From positions 59,334,001 to 59,398,000 of the forward strand of contig CM060734.1 in the NCBI GenBank assembly GCA_030704615.1: a DNA stretch of 64,000 bases, given 5' to 3'. The notes below the pieces were generated by a model. It ran no database searches. It was not told the origin of the DNA and worked only from the letters and a program-made list of their open reading frames with translations. Position numbers and translations under genes: made by a program. Positions 11,242 through 23,646 of the stretch are shown here, piece by piece (the stretch's first letter is position 1; each line of letters begins with the position of its first letter). The stretch is from Takakia lepidozioides (Eukaryota; Plantae; Bryophyta).

Positions 11242-12454
11242 GTTCTCTTTCTCTATTTCAAAGTGAGGCGACGCTGTTCAAGGGCAATTGCGTCACGACG
11301 GGTGGTCAACTCTGCATTTGGCAACTTCACGTCCGTCCAAGGACTTTTCATGTTCAAGTGATATGATCTCCTTTCGAAAGGCTTCTTGGCTATTGGCTTG
11401 TGTATCTAGCCGCTCACATAAACCTCTACTTGACTCCTCGAGGTAATGGTACATTTCCTCCATCTCTTTGTCGGCTCTACGGCGACGACCACTAGAACCG
11501 GGAGCCCTACCTCCATGGTCCTTAACCTTGAAAATCTTGCTTGGAATGTCTAATGCTTGGGTGCCCATGGAGGCAATATCAACATCCGGAGACTCATCCA
11601 GGTCAGGGGATGAAGAGGAACATGAAGTATGAGAGGTTGATTTCTTCATAGTGTCCACAATTTGAACATTTTGGACAAATCTCTCGGAACTTCCATACCA
11701 TGGTAACATCTCATCAAACATCTCATTGGTAAAACTAACAGGTAGCTTTGCAACTTGTCTCTCAGCCTTGGACATTGACCATGGATTGCCTGCTCCACTC
11801 TCTTTGTTGATGTAAGCAAACAATTTTTTGAACTCGCGTTGGGTGTTATCCCACCTAGTAATACATTGAGGCACATCTCTCTTGGGGAAATTGGGCACAG
11901 TAGCAAGATACTCTACTATTTCTTTCCATCTCTGCTCTGCGGTAATGAATTGGTCAGAATGCTTTGAAGAGGCGTTCTTCTTTTGGAATTCATTTTTCTT
12001 CAAAGAAATCAAATCCAGGTTTTCTGCAACAGTCCAGTTTGGAGTTCTAGTGTTTTTTTTTTTTTTTTTGGTTTGGAGGTGCTACCTGATCAGCCTCCTC
12101 CCTCGATAACATTTGGACAAAGGATTGTGGTTGCGTCCCCATTTTGGACGCCAGCCCGTCTCTGTCTGCGCTCGTCTCTCTCGTGGGCTTGTGGCGCATC
12201 TTCAACGAGAGAGACGACGGTGAATCAAAATTCATCCATCGTTCATCCATGTGAGCTTTTAACAGGTTTGACAAGAGCCAAAACGTCCTATTGCGATGCA
12301 AACGCGGATATCTTCTTCCGTTTAGCAGAATCTGTGAAGCCGTGGATTCTGTTATTTGGACCTGTTAAGAGCACATAACGAAACATGTGTGTGTGGGGAC
12401 CTTTTTCTAAATTTAACATTTTTTAGTGCATTTAACAGGCTGTGGGGGGGGGGC
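11242..12454 (-). mobile_element. Right-hand part of a PIF/Harbinger-like DNA transposon
   Basis: Myb/SANT ORF. The end reads (minus) GCCCCCCCCCCACAGC and abuts TTA at 12455-12457, exactly where copia LTR homology starts. Resembles the Harbinger TIR at 61969/63032. Confidence 0.55.
11255..12301 (-). CDS. Myb/SANT-like (trihelix) DNA-binding protein, Harbinger ORF1 type; frameshifted at poly-T 12053-12069
   Basis: RTPNWTVAENLDLISLK...RWKEIVEYL...RDVPQCITRWDNTQREFKK, followed by a coiled-coil C-terminus. Confidence 0.7.
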
Positions 12455-12762
12455 TTAGATCTGTTCGGTGAAGGCATAGATAATTTTAGGAGTTCCACCG
12501 TTTAATCGCTATAGTTTCTCCGTAGTTCTCTCCACTGACTTAGGTACTGCTCCTGGTATATCTATGACTCAATTTCTCCCTATTTCATATTCAATTCAAC
12601 GCTCAACTGTTCTTGCAGTCTTTGTCCTTCCATAGTGCTTTCTTCATAGTGTGAGAGAGAGTTCAGCCGATGTAGTCTTGTTCTTCTCAAGCTCGTGTTA
12701 TGCTGTCTAGTTTAAGTCTTGTATTGCAAAAGATTAGATATGGCAGATATTTACGATTCACA
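12455..12762 (+). repeat. Copia 5' LTR (first ~100 bp missing)
   Basis: Aligns to 19015-19312 at roughly 95% identity by eye; ends GATTCACA. Confidence 0.9.
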
Positions 12763-14344
12763 GGTTATGGGCCCTCTCTACGGGCGCGTTGATAAGTTTG
12801 AGGGAAATGATTACATGCTTTGGAAGTTTAAGATGGAGTCTTTTCTAAAGGCTAGAGGGATGTGGGATCTTGTTAGAGACAAGGAAGTGAGGCCATCTGA
12901 AACATCTACTACTGAGTTTGCTGCTTATACCAAGAAAGAAAATAGAGCTCGTAATCTCATAATGCAAGGTCTCTCTGACAACCAGCTCATGAGTGTTAGA
13001 AAAGAGAGTATAGCGCGTGGAATTTGGGAGGCTCTGGAATAGCGACATGTCGACAAAGGGATGGCTAACAAGCTTTTTCTTGCAAGGAAGTTTTTCACTG
13101 CTCAGATGAGTCCAAGTGACACAATGGAGCAACACTTGAACAAATTGGGAGCTATGGCAGAGAGCTCGATGCTATTGGAGCAGCGGTGCCACAAGAAGTG
13201 AAGGTCATGATACTTCTTATGAGTTTGCCAGATAGCTATCAGTTCCTGGTTACGTCTCTAGAGTCACACACGTCGCTTACGTGGGATATTGTGACTAATA
13301 GGTTGCTCAACGTAATTACTGCAAGAAACTAGGTCATTGGGCGAGGAACTGCAGGAAGAGAAAGTTTGACCAGAGGAATGGAAAGAATGAAGAAGGAAAT
13401 AGTGTTGATAGTGGTGAGGCATTCGTTTATGCTATGTCAGTCTCTTCTTGTGATGACATGTGGTACATATACTCTGGGGCTTTTGTACATCTTTCTCATC
13501 ACAGAGAATGGATCAGTGATTACAAGGAGATTTCACCCATGAAGATCTACATGGGAGATAACTCAGTCCAGGAGGCTGTTGGCAAAGGCAATGTGGAGAT
13601 ATCCATGACAGTGGGAGTGAATGTCACTCGTGGAAAACTAACTGAAGTTTTCTATGTTCCTGGGCTGGTCAAGAATCTCTTCTCTGTGAGTAAGGCAACT
13701 TCCCAAGGCTACAGTATTGAGTTTGGAAACACTATGTGCATAGTGAAGAACAGCCAGAAGGGGGAATGCTAGATCATGAGCCTGGAGGCGTGAGCCTGTG
13801 AGCCCAGGAGCCCGTGAGCCTAAGATAGGCTCACGCCACGTCAGCATGGAATCTGGAACTTGCAGGGCCTATTTCCGCGGATACATTAACCGTTTTCATT
13901 TATTCCAGATCACATCTGTTCCATCCATTCCATCTATTGTTTCATCCATTTAGATGTGGTTTACATACCAAGTCCTTGCATGCCACAAAATTGATGAATG
14001 TAGTTGTGTTTGAATGGAATATCATCCAACTTGTTAGGACGAAATAGTGGATGTGGATGCATAGTCCTCTGCATAGATGAATGTGGTCACGTGGTGTATG
14101 TACGCACTTATGCAATCCCTCCACATGTACGCACCCAATAATGCATATCCAATGATAGAGGGTTCAAGAATCCGAAAAAAGGAGGAAGGTGGTCAGACAT
14201 GGAGGATGGACGATGGCGGGGTGGAGTGGGGAGAGTCTATATAGGTTGATTTTTTTAGAGGAACGGATGGAGTAAGCAGGAAGGGTGTTGTGCTATGGAG
14301 CTTGTGTGCAGCTGCCCATCCCCAGCAGGCAAGGGTGGAAAAAA

Positions 14345-14458
14345 AAACGTGTATGGGATATGCAGAGAAAATGTGCTCCGCAAATGCCCTGAAAACAGTG
14401 TGCGGCACCGCACACTGTTTTCTGGGCATCTGCAAGGGAATGAAAAAACGAAAAAACG

Positions 14459-14491
<33 letters not shown>

Positions 14492-14871
14492 GTGTGGGAT
14501 AGGCATCTGCAGAGAAAACATGCTCCGTAGATGCCCTGAAACAGTGTGTGGTGCCGCACACTGTTTTCCGGGCATCTGCCAGGCAAACGAAAAAAACGAA
14601 AAAACGAAAAAAATCAAAACAGAAAAAAAAACAACCTTGTGTGGGATGGGCATCTGCAGAGAAAACATGCTCCGCAGATGCCCTGCAACAGTGGCAGTGT
14701 CGCACACTGTTTTCCGGGCATCTGTCAGGGAACGAAAAAATGAAAAAATGAAAAAAAAAACAAAAAAAACGTGTGTGGGATGTGCATCTGTAGAGAAAAC
14801 GTGCACCACAGATGCCATGAAAACAGTGTGCGGTGCCGCACACTATTTTCAGGGCATCTGCGTGGGAACGG

Positions 14872-14904
<33 letters not shown>

Positions 14905-14995
14905 GTGTAGGATGGGCAGCTGCAAAGAAAACGTGCACCGCAAATGCCCTGAAACTAGTGGGCGGTGCCGCACACTACTTTCAGGGCTTTTGCGT
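14345..14995. repeat. Five ~130-bp units, each a ~25-bp-stem hairpin, separated by A-rich tracts
   Basis: For example gcaaatgccctgaaaacagtgtgcgg-ca-ccgcacactgttttctgggcatctgc at 14380-14433. Confidence 0.9.
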
Positions 14996-15049
14996 GGGAA
15001 CCTGCCGAAAGTGCATTCGCTGGGCTTACGGGATGGGCGCAGATGCCGG

Positions 15050-15400
15050 AGTGTTGTAACTAAAGATGGACAAGCGATGTTGCAGACAAGGGTGACATCT
15101 ATCATGGAAGTCCCCCCCCACCCTGGATTTGGTCGTGAATACACATTGGTCACTTCCGTTTCGCTTCTTCTAGGTAAGGCGTATCAGGTTACAATTGGCA
15201 CTTGTCTGGACTGCATTTGCCCGGATTTCATTTGCATGCGTGAGGGCAGCCCGGGAAAGAAGAGAAAGTGGGTTCTTTGCAAGCACCTGTACTACATTTT
15301 TGTGTGCAGGATGTGTTGTGACCCCAAAAAAGACCAGTACATTCACTAAGCCACGCTATCACCTGGTGAAGTCCATACTCTTCTGCAACGTGACAGGTCC
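15050..15400 (+). pseudogene. SWIM zinc-finger fragment
   Basis: YQVTIG..CICPDF...WVLCKHLYYIF (CxC...CxH); in-frame stop at 15349. Confidence 0.7.
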
Positions 15401-18400
15401 GAGACCGGTTAAGTAGTAGGCATACTGCTTGTCTGCATTTCATATTATGCGCTGAAATTGAGTAACAATGAAGCAATAACATAGTGGTGCTTCAGTATAT
15501 GTCTTCATTCAATCACTCACTCATGTGCCGGTCCTATGCAACTCATGTAATACATGGTGATATTCTATTATTGCATAGGCATGGATTGTGTTGTCGTCGT
15601 TTCCCAAAAGTGCTATTGGATTCTCTTATTGCGCTGTGCAGTTGAAGGTAGTGTTGGCCATTCCAACGGGAATAGGCCCCCGTTGTCAGGTCCTCGGGAA
15701 TAGGTGTTGTTTCCAATACACCCTAGACCCTAGGCTCATGCCTACCAAGCGTGAGCCTAGGCTCACGCTTACTGCGCTAAACGTGAGTCTAGCTCCCAGG
15801 CTCATGGGGCTGGGCTCATGTCCTAGCTACCCTCCAGCCAGAAGAAGGTTGTCGCACATGGAATTCGTAAGAACCGACTCTACCAGCTGTAACAGTGTAG
15901 CCCAAGTGTGACGGTGGAAAATGCGCAGCTTGCAAATACGAGAGGATTGGACACCAATCAAAGTATCGACTTGTGGCATCAACGATTGGGCCACATGGGT
16001 GTTGAGAATGTCAAACTCTTATCGCAGCAGAAGCTTGTAGATGGGCTAGCTGTAAGTAGTAAGGCAAAGCTGGAAGTTGTGTGCTTGGTAAGCAACATAG
16101 AGAGCGTTTTCCAAAGGAGGGAGCATCCAGAGCGACTGAACTATTGGATATAGTTCACTCTGATGTTTGGGGACCAACCAAGTCGTTGTCTTTTGACGGT
16201 CTTAGGTATTTTGTGACATTCACCGATGATCTTTCTCGAAAGGTATTTTGCTATTTCATGAAGAGCAAAGGAGAGCGCTTCACAAAATTCAAGGAGTTCA
16301 AGGCCTTTGCTGAAAGCCAAACAAGGAAAAGTTGAAGATTCTGAGAAGCGACAACAATGGAGAATACACCTCCAAAGAGTTCAAGAGTTTTCTCAAAGAT
16401 CATGGTATCCAACATCAAACTTCTGTTCCCTACACCCCTCAGCAGATGATTCAAGGGACGCACAACTGACGTTGTGGTGCATATGCTCCTCCACTTGACC
16501 CAACATTCTCCGTACAACATGTGGCATACTGGAAAGTCCATAACTTGATAAGTAGTTTCGCCATGTTATGATGGTTCTCCACTTTCATTCACTTTCATGG
16601 CTGAAAGAGTCAATCAAACGACCGTGGAGTCGGCGAGATGTATGTTGCACAGCCAACAGAAGTTAAGCCCTAAGTATTGGGCAGAGGCTGTAAGCACGAC
16701 AATCTACCTCAAAGCAAGAAGTCCTCACAAGTTAGTGGGAGGAATGACGCCAGAGGAAGCGTGGAGCGGAAAGAAACCCTTAGTAAATCATCTCAAAGTT
16801 TTTGGTTGTGAGGCCTATGCACACAGGCCACCTCAAACAAGAACCAAGCTTGAACCTAAGAGTACTAAATGTATATTTGTGGGGTACAACTTGGATTCTA
16901 AGGGATAAATGTTGATTGAGGAGACAACTGGAAAACTCATTATCAGTCGAGATGTGGTTTTCAACGAAGGATCCAATTTTAGCAATCATGTCACTTCAGT
17001 GGGAGTTGACGATCAGACAGAAGTGATTGTGGAACCAGGAGTTGTTACGAGAGAGCATGACAACGAGGATCAGGATGATCTTCAACTCAGGTCAGATTCA
17101 GATTCTCATACTCCTTCGGATTCCACTGCCCCACAGGTTTCTGACATCATCGTGCCACAGACCGAGTCTGCTCCATCGTTAGTACCTAGTTTGTTGTAGG
17201 ATGTGATTGAGATCCAAGAGCAACAACAACCTGTGGTGAGAAGATCAACCAGACTTCGGAGTGCACCTTCGAAGCTCACTCATTTTGCTTGCGCTACAAC
17301 TGTGGAAGAGCCACGAACCCTAACAGAAGCCCTTAAAAAGGATGATGCAGTGCAGTGGGAGCGAGCAGCAAATGAGGAGACTTATTCTTCTCTCATGAAG
17401 AATGGGACATGGGAGCTTGTGGAGCTTCCTCAAGGGAGAAAAGCCATTGGTAACAAGTGGATATTTAAGCTCAAGAGGAACACCAATGGAGAGGCTGCAG
17501 GGAGATACAAAGCCAGGCTAGTAGCGAAGGGTTATTCTCAGAAGGGAGGGATAGATTACGAAGAAACTTTTGCTCCAGTGGCACAATTTCCTTTTATCCG
17601 AACAATGTTGAGTATTGCAGCTTTGCATGATTTAGAGATTCACCAAATGGATGTGACATGTGCATTTCTTAATGGGGAGCTGAAGGAGGATGTGTACATG
17701 TTGCAGCCGGAAGGATATGAAGATCCTAAGCACAAGGGGCTGGTTTGCAAGCTTCGCAAGCTTCGCAAATCCATCTATGGGCTTAAGCAAGCACCAAGGG
17801 TTTGGAATGAGAAGATAAACACTTTTCTCAAGAAAAATGGGTTCAAAAGGTGTCAATCAGATTCAAGCATTTATGTGCGATCGCAACAGGAAGATCAAAG
17901 TGGCGTTGCTCTGGCACTGTATGTAGATGATGTACTCATCCTCAGCAAGAATGTCAAGGCTATCAACAAGGTCAAGGAGTCTCTCTCTGCAGAGTTCGAA
18001 ATGAAAGACCTAGGAGAGCTTGATATTTTTTTGGGGATTTAGGTGATCAGGAACAGGGAGAAGCGGATCATCAGTCTTGATCAATCTCAATACATCACAA
18101 AAGTGTTGAAGCGCTTTGGTATGGAAGAGTGTAAACCACTCAACACACCTCTGGATGTTAATGGGAAGCTTTGCAAAAGTCAAGGGCCTAGTACAGAGGA
18201 AGATATGGCTCGAATGGAAGGAATCCCTTACCGAGAGGCAGTATGTAGTCTCATGTATGCCATGTATGCAACAAGGCCAGATATCTCTGCCGCGGTTGGA
18301 ACAGTGAGTCAATTCATACAAAATCCGGGAGAACTTCATTGGAAGGGTGTCAAAAGGATCATGAGGTATCTCCAAGGGACTAAGGATTACTCGCTGCAAT

Positions 18401-18917
18401 TTTCAGGAGAAGGGATTGAAGCCGTTACTCTCTCAAGTTATTGTGACTCAGATTGGGGAGGAGATTTGGACACGAGGAAGTCCACCACTGGATATGCGTT
18501 CATTTTGAACAAGGGAGCCATAACCTGGAGCAGTAAGAGACAGCCAACTGTGGCCTTATCCACCACAGAAGCTGAATACATGGCGGCTATTCAAGCCACC
18601 AAAGAAGCAATGTGGTTGAGGAGCTTGCTTGGTGAGCTAGGGTTTTGTCAAAAAGAGGCAACGATGATTCAGACCGACAGTCAAGGTAGCCTTGCTCTCA
18701 TCAAGAACCCTGTTCATCATAGCAGGACAAAACATATTGATATTCAATATCATTATGTGAGAGACATGGTGTCAGCAGGTGAAGTCTATTTCAACTACTG
18801 CCCAACCACCACTATGTGTGCTGATGTGCTTACCAAAGCAGTCCCTGGGCCCAAGCATTGGGAATGCATGGAAATGCTAGGTCTTAAGAGAGAACTCAAG
18901 GTGTGACTGAGTGGGAG

Positions 18918-19312
18918 TGTCGGCATTAACAGCCGCACTTGAGTTGAGCTCGGCTGGTAGTTGCGGTCATCGTAGATACCTCGTAGATAAGATCAGACTT
19001 AGATAAGAGCAGACTAAGATCTGTTCGGTGAAGGTATAGATAATTTTAGGAGTTCCACTGTTTAATTCGCTATAGTTTCTCCGTAGTTCTCTCCACTGAC
19101 TTAGGTACTGCTCACGGTATATCTATGACTCAGTTTCTCCCTATTTCATGTTCAATTCAGCGCTCAACTGTTCCTGCAGTCCTTGTCCTTCCTTCACAGT
19201 GTGAGAGAGAGTTCAGCCGATGTAGTCTTGTTCTTCTCAAGCTCGTGTTCTGCTGTCTAGTTTAAGTCTTGTATTGCAAAAGATTAGATATGGCAGATGC
19301 TTACGATTCACA
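18918..19312 (+). repeat. Copia 3' LTR (395 bp, TG...CA)
   Basis: Starts TGTCGG right after the PPT and ends GATTCACA, as does the 5' LTR. Confidence 0.9.
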
Positions 19313-20737
19313 GTCAGACCTGTGTTTAAAGTAGAGGGCTCTAGTAGAATCCACCTCACGTTTCTATTAGTCACGGCCCCATAAGCTACAGCTTTCAATT
19401 TCAGTTCTTTGGCCTGCAAGTAAGATAAGAGCAAACTAAGCTTTTGAGCTTCTCCAGTGCAGTTGAACGCTATGAAATCAAGTATGTGATAGACAGAATT
19501 AGTGAACATTCTGTTTTAGATTCATGTGGAAAAGACCCTTCTCCTCTACTGAGCCTCTAAGTCAACGTTGAAGCATCCATCATTGCATGAGTTCAGGTTC
19601 AGAGAGATATGCGGCAGCGGATTCACTGGGAGGCACTCATAGCACTTCCGAATTGATGTAGCAAACAAGCTATCACGTTGCTTCTTCCAGGAAATGCGCT
19701 CTGTCACAGTCGCATGTTTCGAGTTTTCTACACACCATAAAGAGAGTTTTCACTCCTGCCTTGTAGATCTCTCCCATGCATGCGAGACCATTTCCGTCGT
19801 GGGTAGAATGCAGCCCAGCTCTGACTATGGTGGACGCAAGGAACATAACTCACCCCATCCAGAGGCAACCGCCAACATATGACAATGATATTTTCACAGA
19901 TGCGAGACAGTTTGAAGGGGTAGAAGCCTTAGCTTGTCGCTCACGCTCCCAATCTTGGAAATGGGTCTCGCTGTGAGAAGGCACCGACAACGCTTGAAAC
20001 TTCACCGCTTTGAGCTTGCTGGCGACATGGTAGCTCCCCCGCTAAACGGTGAAGTACATCATCCGGCAGCAACTCCGGCGAGACAGAGCAGCTGAGCTTC
20101 CTTCTCCTGCTCATTTGTTGTGCGAGCTGTTGCCTGCCTCATGCTGTTACCTTTCTTGAAAAATATTCGACGTCCCATACCATGGGCCATAGGCGGGAGG
20201 GAAATAGATGGTCGTGCAAAATTAGGAAGAGATAACAGAGTTATCGTGCAGGACTGAAGAGAAAGAGAAAGCTAAGAGCATCACATGCAGGAATTGGGAC
20301 ACGGTGCCAGCACTTGAGCCCTAGAAACCAAACTTCGAGCATTGCCAGATTAAAGCCCTAGAAAACTTGAAGTATGCGGAAAGGGGGATCTGATTCTATC
20401 ACCTGCTGGTTACAGAAACTAGCGTGATGACTCATACAGAAATTTTGATTCTACCCACATCTACATACTGATTCATGCGCCTCTCACACATACCACAAGC
20501 CCACAAGAACATCTAAGTACCCACTCCACCGAGGAAACAAGAGACCCAGAATCTAATTCCCTACTCATTCCAAAATCTTCCCGCGCCAGAATGGATTTTT
20601 GGGTCCCACATGGCACAATGTTGAATGGAATCAAAGCGACGGATGATGTACGATTGTTGTGTTGGTATATTCTTTTGGCTATCCATCTCAGATATCTTCT
20701 CTATGAGCAGTCCATCTGCAGAGAGTCTTGTAGCTCC

Positions 20738-20884
20738 GCCACGTCGTAGGTGCACTTGTCAAGCATCCATGCAGCTGGACACTTGGCTTCAGGAGGGAAT
20801 TGCGTAGTTTGTCTTCTCCCTTGAGGTTCAATACAGATGTCGGTTGTTTGCGGGTAGTGTGCGTCCTTGATAGTCATTTATAAG
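20738..20884 (+). promoter_or_regulatory. Dehydrin promoter: ABRE and TATA box
   Basis: GCCACGT (ABRE, reverse orientation) at 20738-20744, TTTATAA at ~20878, (CT)n in the 5' UTR at 20946-20972. Confidence 0.55.
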
Positions 20885-20942
20885 CACGGTCATTGACGGA
20901 TCATCTCTTAATATCTAGCTCTGCCCTCTTTCCCCTCGATCT

Positions 20943-20974
<32 letters not shown>

Positions 20975-21062
20975 CGCGCACACTCAGTCAATCTCGCTCG
21001 CACTTTCACTAAGGTTCTTTCCGTAATTTTGTGGACCAGAGGGATCGTAAGGGAGGGCACGA

Positions 21063-22007
21063 ATGGCAGAATCCGTTCAACAAACCAACACTGACAGGGG
21101 TATTGGGCAACCTTCTGCAACAATTGCTGCAGATAGTGGATACCCGGGCACCACGCAGCCTGAGACTGGTAATGGGGCAGGCGGACCTGGAGCTGCACCT
21201 GCAGACAGTACGGTACTAGACAACGCGAAGGGGACGCTGGGAGACTTGTTCGGAGGTCAGAAGCGGCAACCCAACAATACTTCAGGTCCAACTGGGCCGG
21301 TCACAGAGGGCGCTGCTGGCACGAAAGTGGGTTTCCTGGATAAAATGAAAGAGAAGCTCGGAAAGGGCCATCGCGGAACTGGGGCTGGAAACCCGAGTGA
21401 GACCAGCCCATACGGTACTGGGGCTGGAACCGACTCATATGGAACTGTAACATCTCCGACAGGAGTTGAATCTGATGTTGGAGATCGCTCTGAGGCCAGT
21501 CCATATGGGGTTGGCGCTGGGACTCCTTCTGATGGATCTCGGACCGACTCCTACGGAGCTGGAGCTGGCCCAACGGAGGCTGGGTATGATGCCCGAAATG
21601 AAAGCAGCCCATATGGAAGAGGTGCTGGACTCAAAGATCCCAACACGGGACCTGCAAATTCAGGGGTAGCTGATGGCGCCCCTGCAGGCACAGGCGAAGG
21701 GGTCATTGGGAAGGCTGAACAACAGCGCACTGGTCATGAAGAGGGGTATGGAGCCGGCACAGGAGCAGTAACTTCAGGCATGAACCCAAATACTCAGGGG
21801 TTGCCTGATGCCTGGCCTCGGCCTACCAGCCCACAAGGGGCTACAAATGCACATGGGGGAGCTACCCTCACAGATGCCCAGGGAAATGTGCAGGAAGGGC
21901 CCAGGATTGACACTGTGAAGAAAGAGGGCTTCATGACCAAGATGATGGACAAACTCCACCTCCACCACAGTCCTAAGGGACAAGCGACCGGAGGCTCCGC
22001 AGCCTGA
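21063..22007 (+). CDS. Dehydrin (LEA group 2), 314 aa, intronless
   Basis: K-segments KVGFLDKMKEKLG and KKEGFMTKMMDKLH; Gly/Thr-rich and hydrophilic with repeated SPYG/DSYG. Confidence 0.88.
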   Translation: MAESVQQTNTDRGIGQPSATIAADSGYPGTTQPETGNGAGGPGAAPADSTVLDNAKGTLGDLFGGQKRQPNNTSGPTGPVTEGAAGTKVGFLDKMKEKLGKGHRGTGAGNPSETSPYGTGAGTDSYGTVTSPTGVESDVGDRSEASPYGVGAGTPSDGSRTDSYGAGAGPTEAGYDARNESSPYGRGAGLKDPNTGPANSGVADGAPAGTGEGVIGKAEQQRTGHEEGYGAGTGAVTSGMNPNTQGLPDAWPRPTSPQGATNAHGGATLTDAQGNVQEGPRIDTVKKEGFMTKMMDKLHLHHSPKGQATGGSAA

Positions 22008-22335
22008 ATGCTTGCATGTGCTTGAAGGCTCTTAATCATCAGAGGATGTCATCTGACGTTACTTTGCTCAATAAGTTTGCAGTTTGCTGCAACGGTAGGG
22101 GGGGGTAGCAGGTGAAAAGTTTTTAGACAAGAATCGCAAGGTGTTTAAAGGGTGATGGTAGGTAAAGCTCAAACATCAGTTTCACCAACATTTTCTTACA
22201 AACTGTAATGGACACGTACAGGAATTTTTTGGGGCATGAATTGTGAAGAATGCTCATGGTGGGGATCAGGCTCACCCCACATGCACACTTCAATAGACGA
22301 AATGGCAGGCCAACTAATACTTCGTTTCTTTTTAA

Positions 22336-23310
22336 CCCCTAATGGACGAGGCTGTTTTTGTGGGCCCACTCAAAAACAGCACATACCCTCACGGATGAGG
22401 GTATAACAAACATCCACAGATATGAGGGTATAACAAACATCCACAGATATGAACCGCATGAAAGGAAGGCTACCTACCTCATGCACCTGCTGTAAAACTT
22501 TCAGTCCATTTTATCGTGTTATTAGGAAGATTATAACAAAATGGTAAATCCTAAATGTGTAGTGTACTCCAATTTTAGAGGGAAGAATTTGTTTGACCAG
22601 GCTGTTGGTCCGAAAAAATATTTTTCCCTTGCAAGACCCCAACCACATTCCAATTCACAGTCCTAAAGCATCTTGCCCCAAATTTGCAAAGCACAATTCC
22701 AAAATCTGCATAGGGTTGCTTTGTATGGGAAAATAGTGAGGTCAAAAAGCACCACTTACCTCAATCAACCTGTAATTCAGCCATAGGGGTCCAAATTGGC
22801 ATGGAATTGTTCCTTGAATGATTTCCTACTACCTCCAAAAAGAATTTCTGATTTCTAACCAAAATGCAGGCAGAGATTTTAATTCCTACTTGAATCCCAG
22901 CTCAGGCGAAGTATTGCCTGTGCCGGTAGATAATTCCGGCCAAAAAGGGGTCCACGTTATGAAAACCGGTGAACCTATGGGGGCTGTTTTGTGTCTCCTC
23001 GCTTTTTGTGGAGCCCCCCTTGATACCCGACGCCGGCAAATGCCGATACCCAGCCCCCATCTGCCTGCCACGTGATAAAGTCAACCCTGTTGGAGGGTCC
23101 CAAACCCCTGATTTTTGGGTACCCCCACCCTTTCCAAAAAATCCTGTGCTGTCCTGTACGATTTTTAGGGTGCCATCAACATAGGGGGGTGTAGAATTAA
23201 ATTTCCTACATTTTTCATTCAGGGCTCGATTTCATCCGAGATCATCTCGATGATTTTCATCCATTTGAATTTTTCCGGCGACCAATTCAGGTCGCCTCGT
23301 CCATTAGGGG
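22336..23310. mobile_element. piggyBac-like non-autonomous element (975 bp)
   Basis: TTAA on both sides (22332-22335, 23311-23314) and perfect 17-bp TIRs CCCCTAATGGACGAGGC. No transposase ORF recognised. Confidence 0.75.
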
Positions 23311-23504
23311 TTAAGAGACAGCCATTTCAATGTCATTGGCTCTCTTGTAGACATGCAAGTCAATGAGGAAAATGTGGTCAAAGTAAATTACACCGTGTCA
23401 AGGGGCTGATTGGTGTGTTGTGCTTAGTCAGTCTTACCATCCTCTTATATTGTTTTATTTCATTATTTAATTTTAGTATGTAACTTTAATATGAGGGTTG
23501 ATTT

Positions 23505-23646
23505 GCGCACCATGATGATACTTAATGGGCTTATACCACCTTGGAAGTGGTTGTGGGTTCAATCCACCCTTGATGTCACAAAGGTGTCCAGTGTCCACCT
23601 TTCTCTCGGAAGATAGTAACTTCAAATATTATTATCATTATTATTC
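23505..23646 (+). mobile_element. tRNA-derived SINE, degenerate copy
   Basis: B-box GGTTCAATCC at 23556-23565, (ATT)n tail; homologous to 25830-25972. Confidence 0.6.

Larger units (their letters stand above)
13760..15834 (+). mobile_element. Mutator-like (MULE) non-autonomous element inserted in the copia
   Basis: 9-bp TSD CAGCCAGAA (13751-13759, 15835-15843). Imperfect TIRs GGGGGAATGCTAGATCATGAGCC / GAGGGTAGCTAGGACATGAGCC with many TGAGCC subterminal motifs. Removing it restores CIVKNSQKKVVAHG. Confidence 0.8.
12775..18906 (+). pseudogene. Copia gag-pol, multiply disrupted
   Basis: FEGNDYMLWKFKM (gag), YCKKLGHWARNC, WYIYSGA (protease D mutated), LWHQRLGH, VHSDVWGP, RYKARLVAKG, QMDV, LYVDD, YCDSDW, RTKHIDIQYH. 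Stops at 13042, 16335, 17199 and 18042. Confidence 0.95.
12455..19312 (+). mobile_element. Ty1/copia LTR retrotransposon, decayed
   Basis: Paired LTRs, PBS GGTTATGGGCCC at 12763, PPT GAGTGGGAG at 18909-18917, order gag-PR-INT-RT-RH. Confidence 0.95.

Noticed and set aside
14193-15153. Poly-Lys/poly-Phe ORFs; CRISPR-like look of the palindromic repeats
   Set aside because: These are translations of A-tracts. Spacers are not unique, there are no cas genes, and the context is eukaryotic.
19320-20700. Short ORFs here and in 46400-47200, 51250-52450 and 63180-64000
   Set aside because: No recognisable motifs or consistent exon structure.
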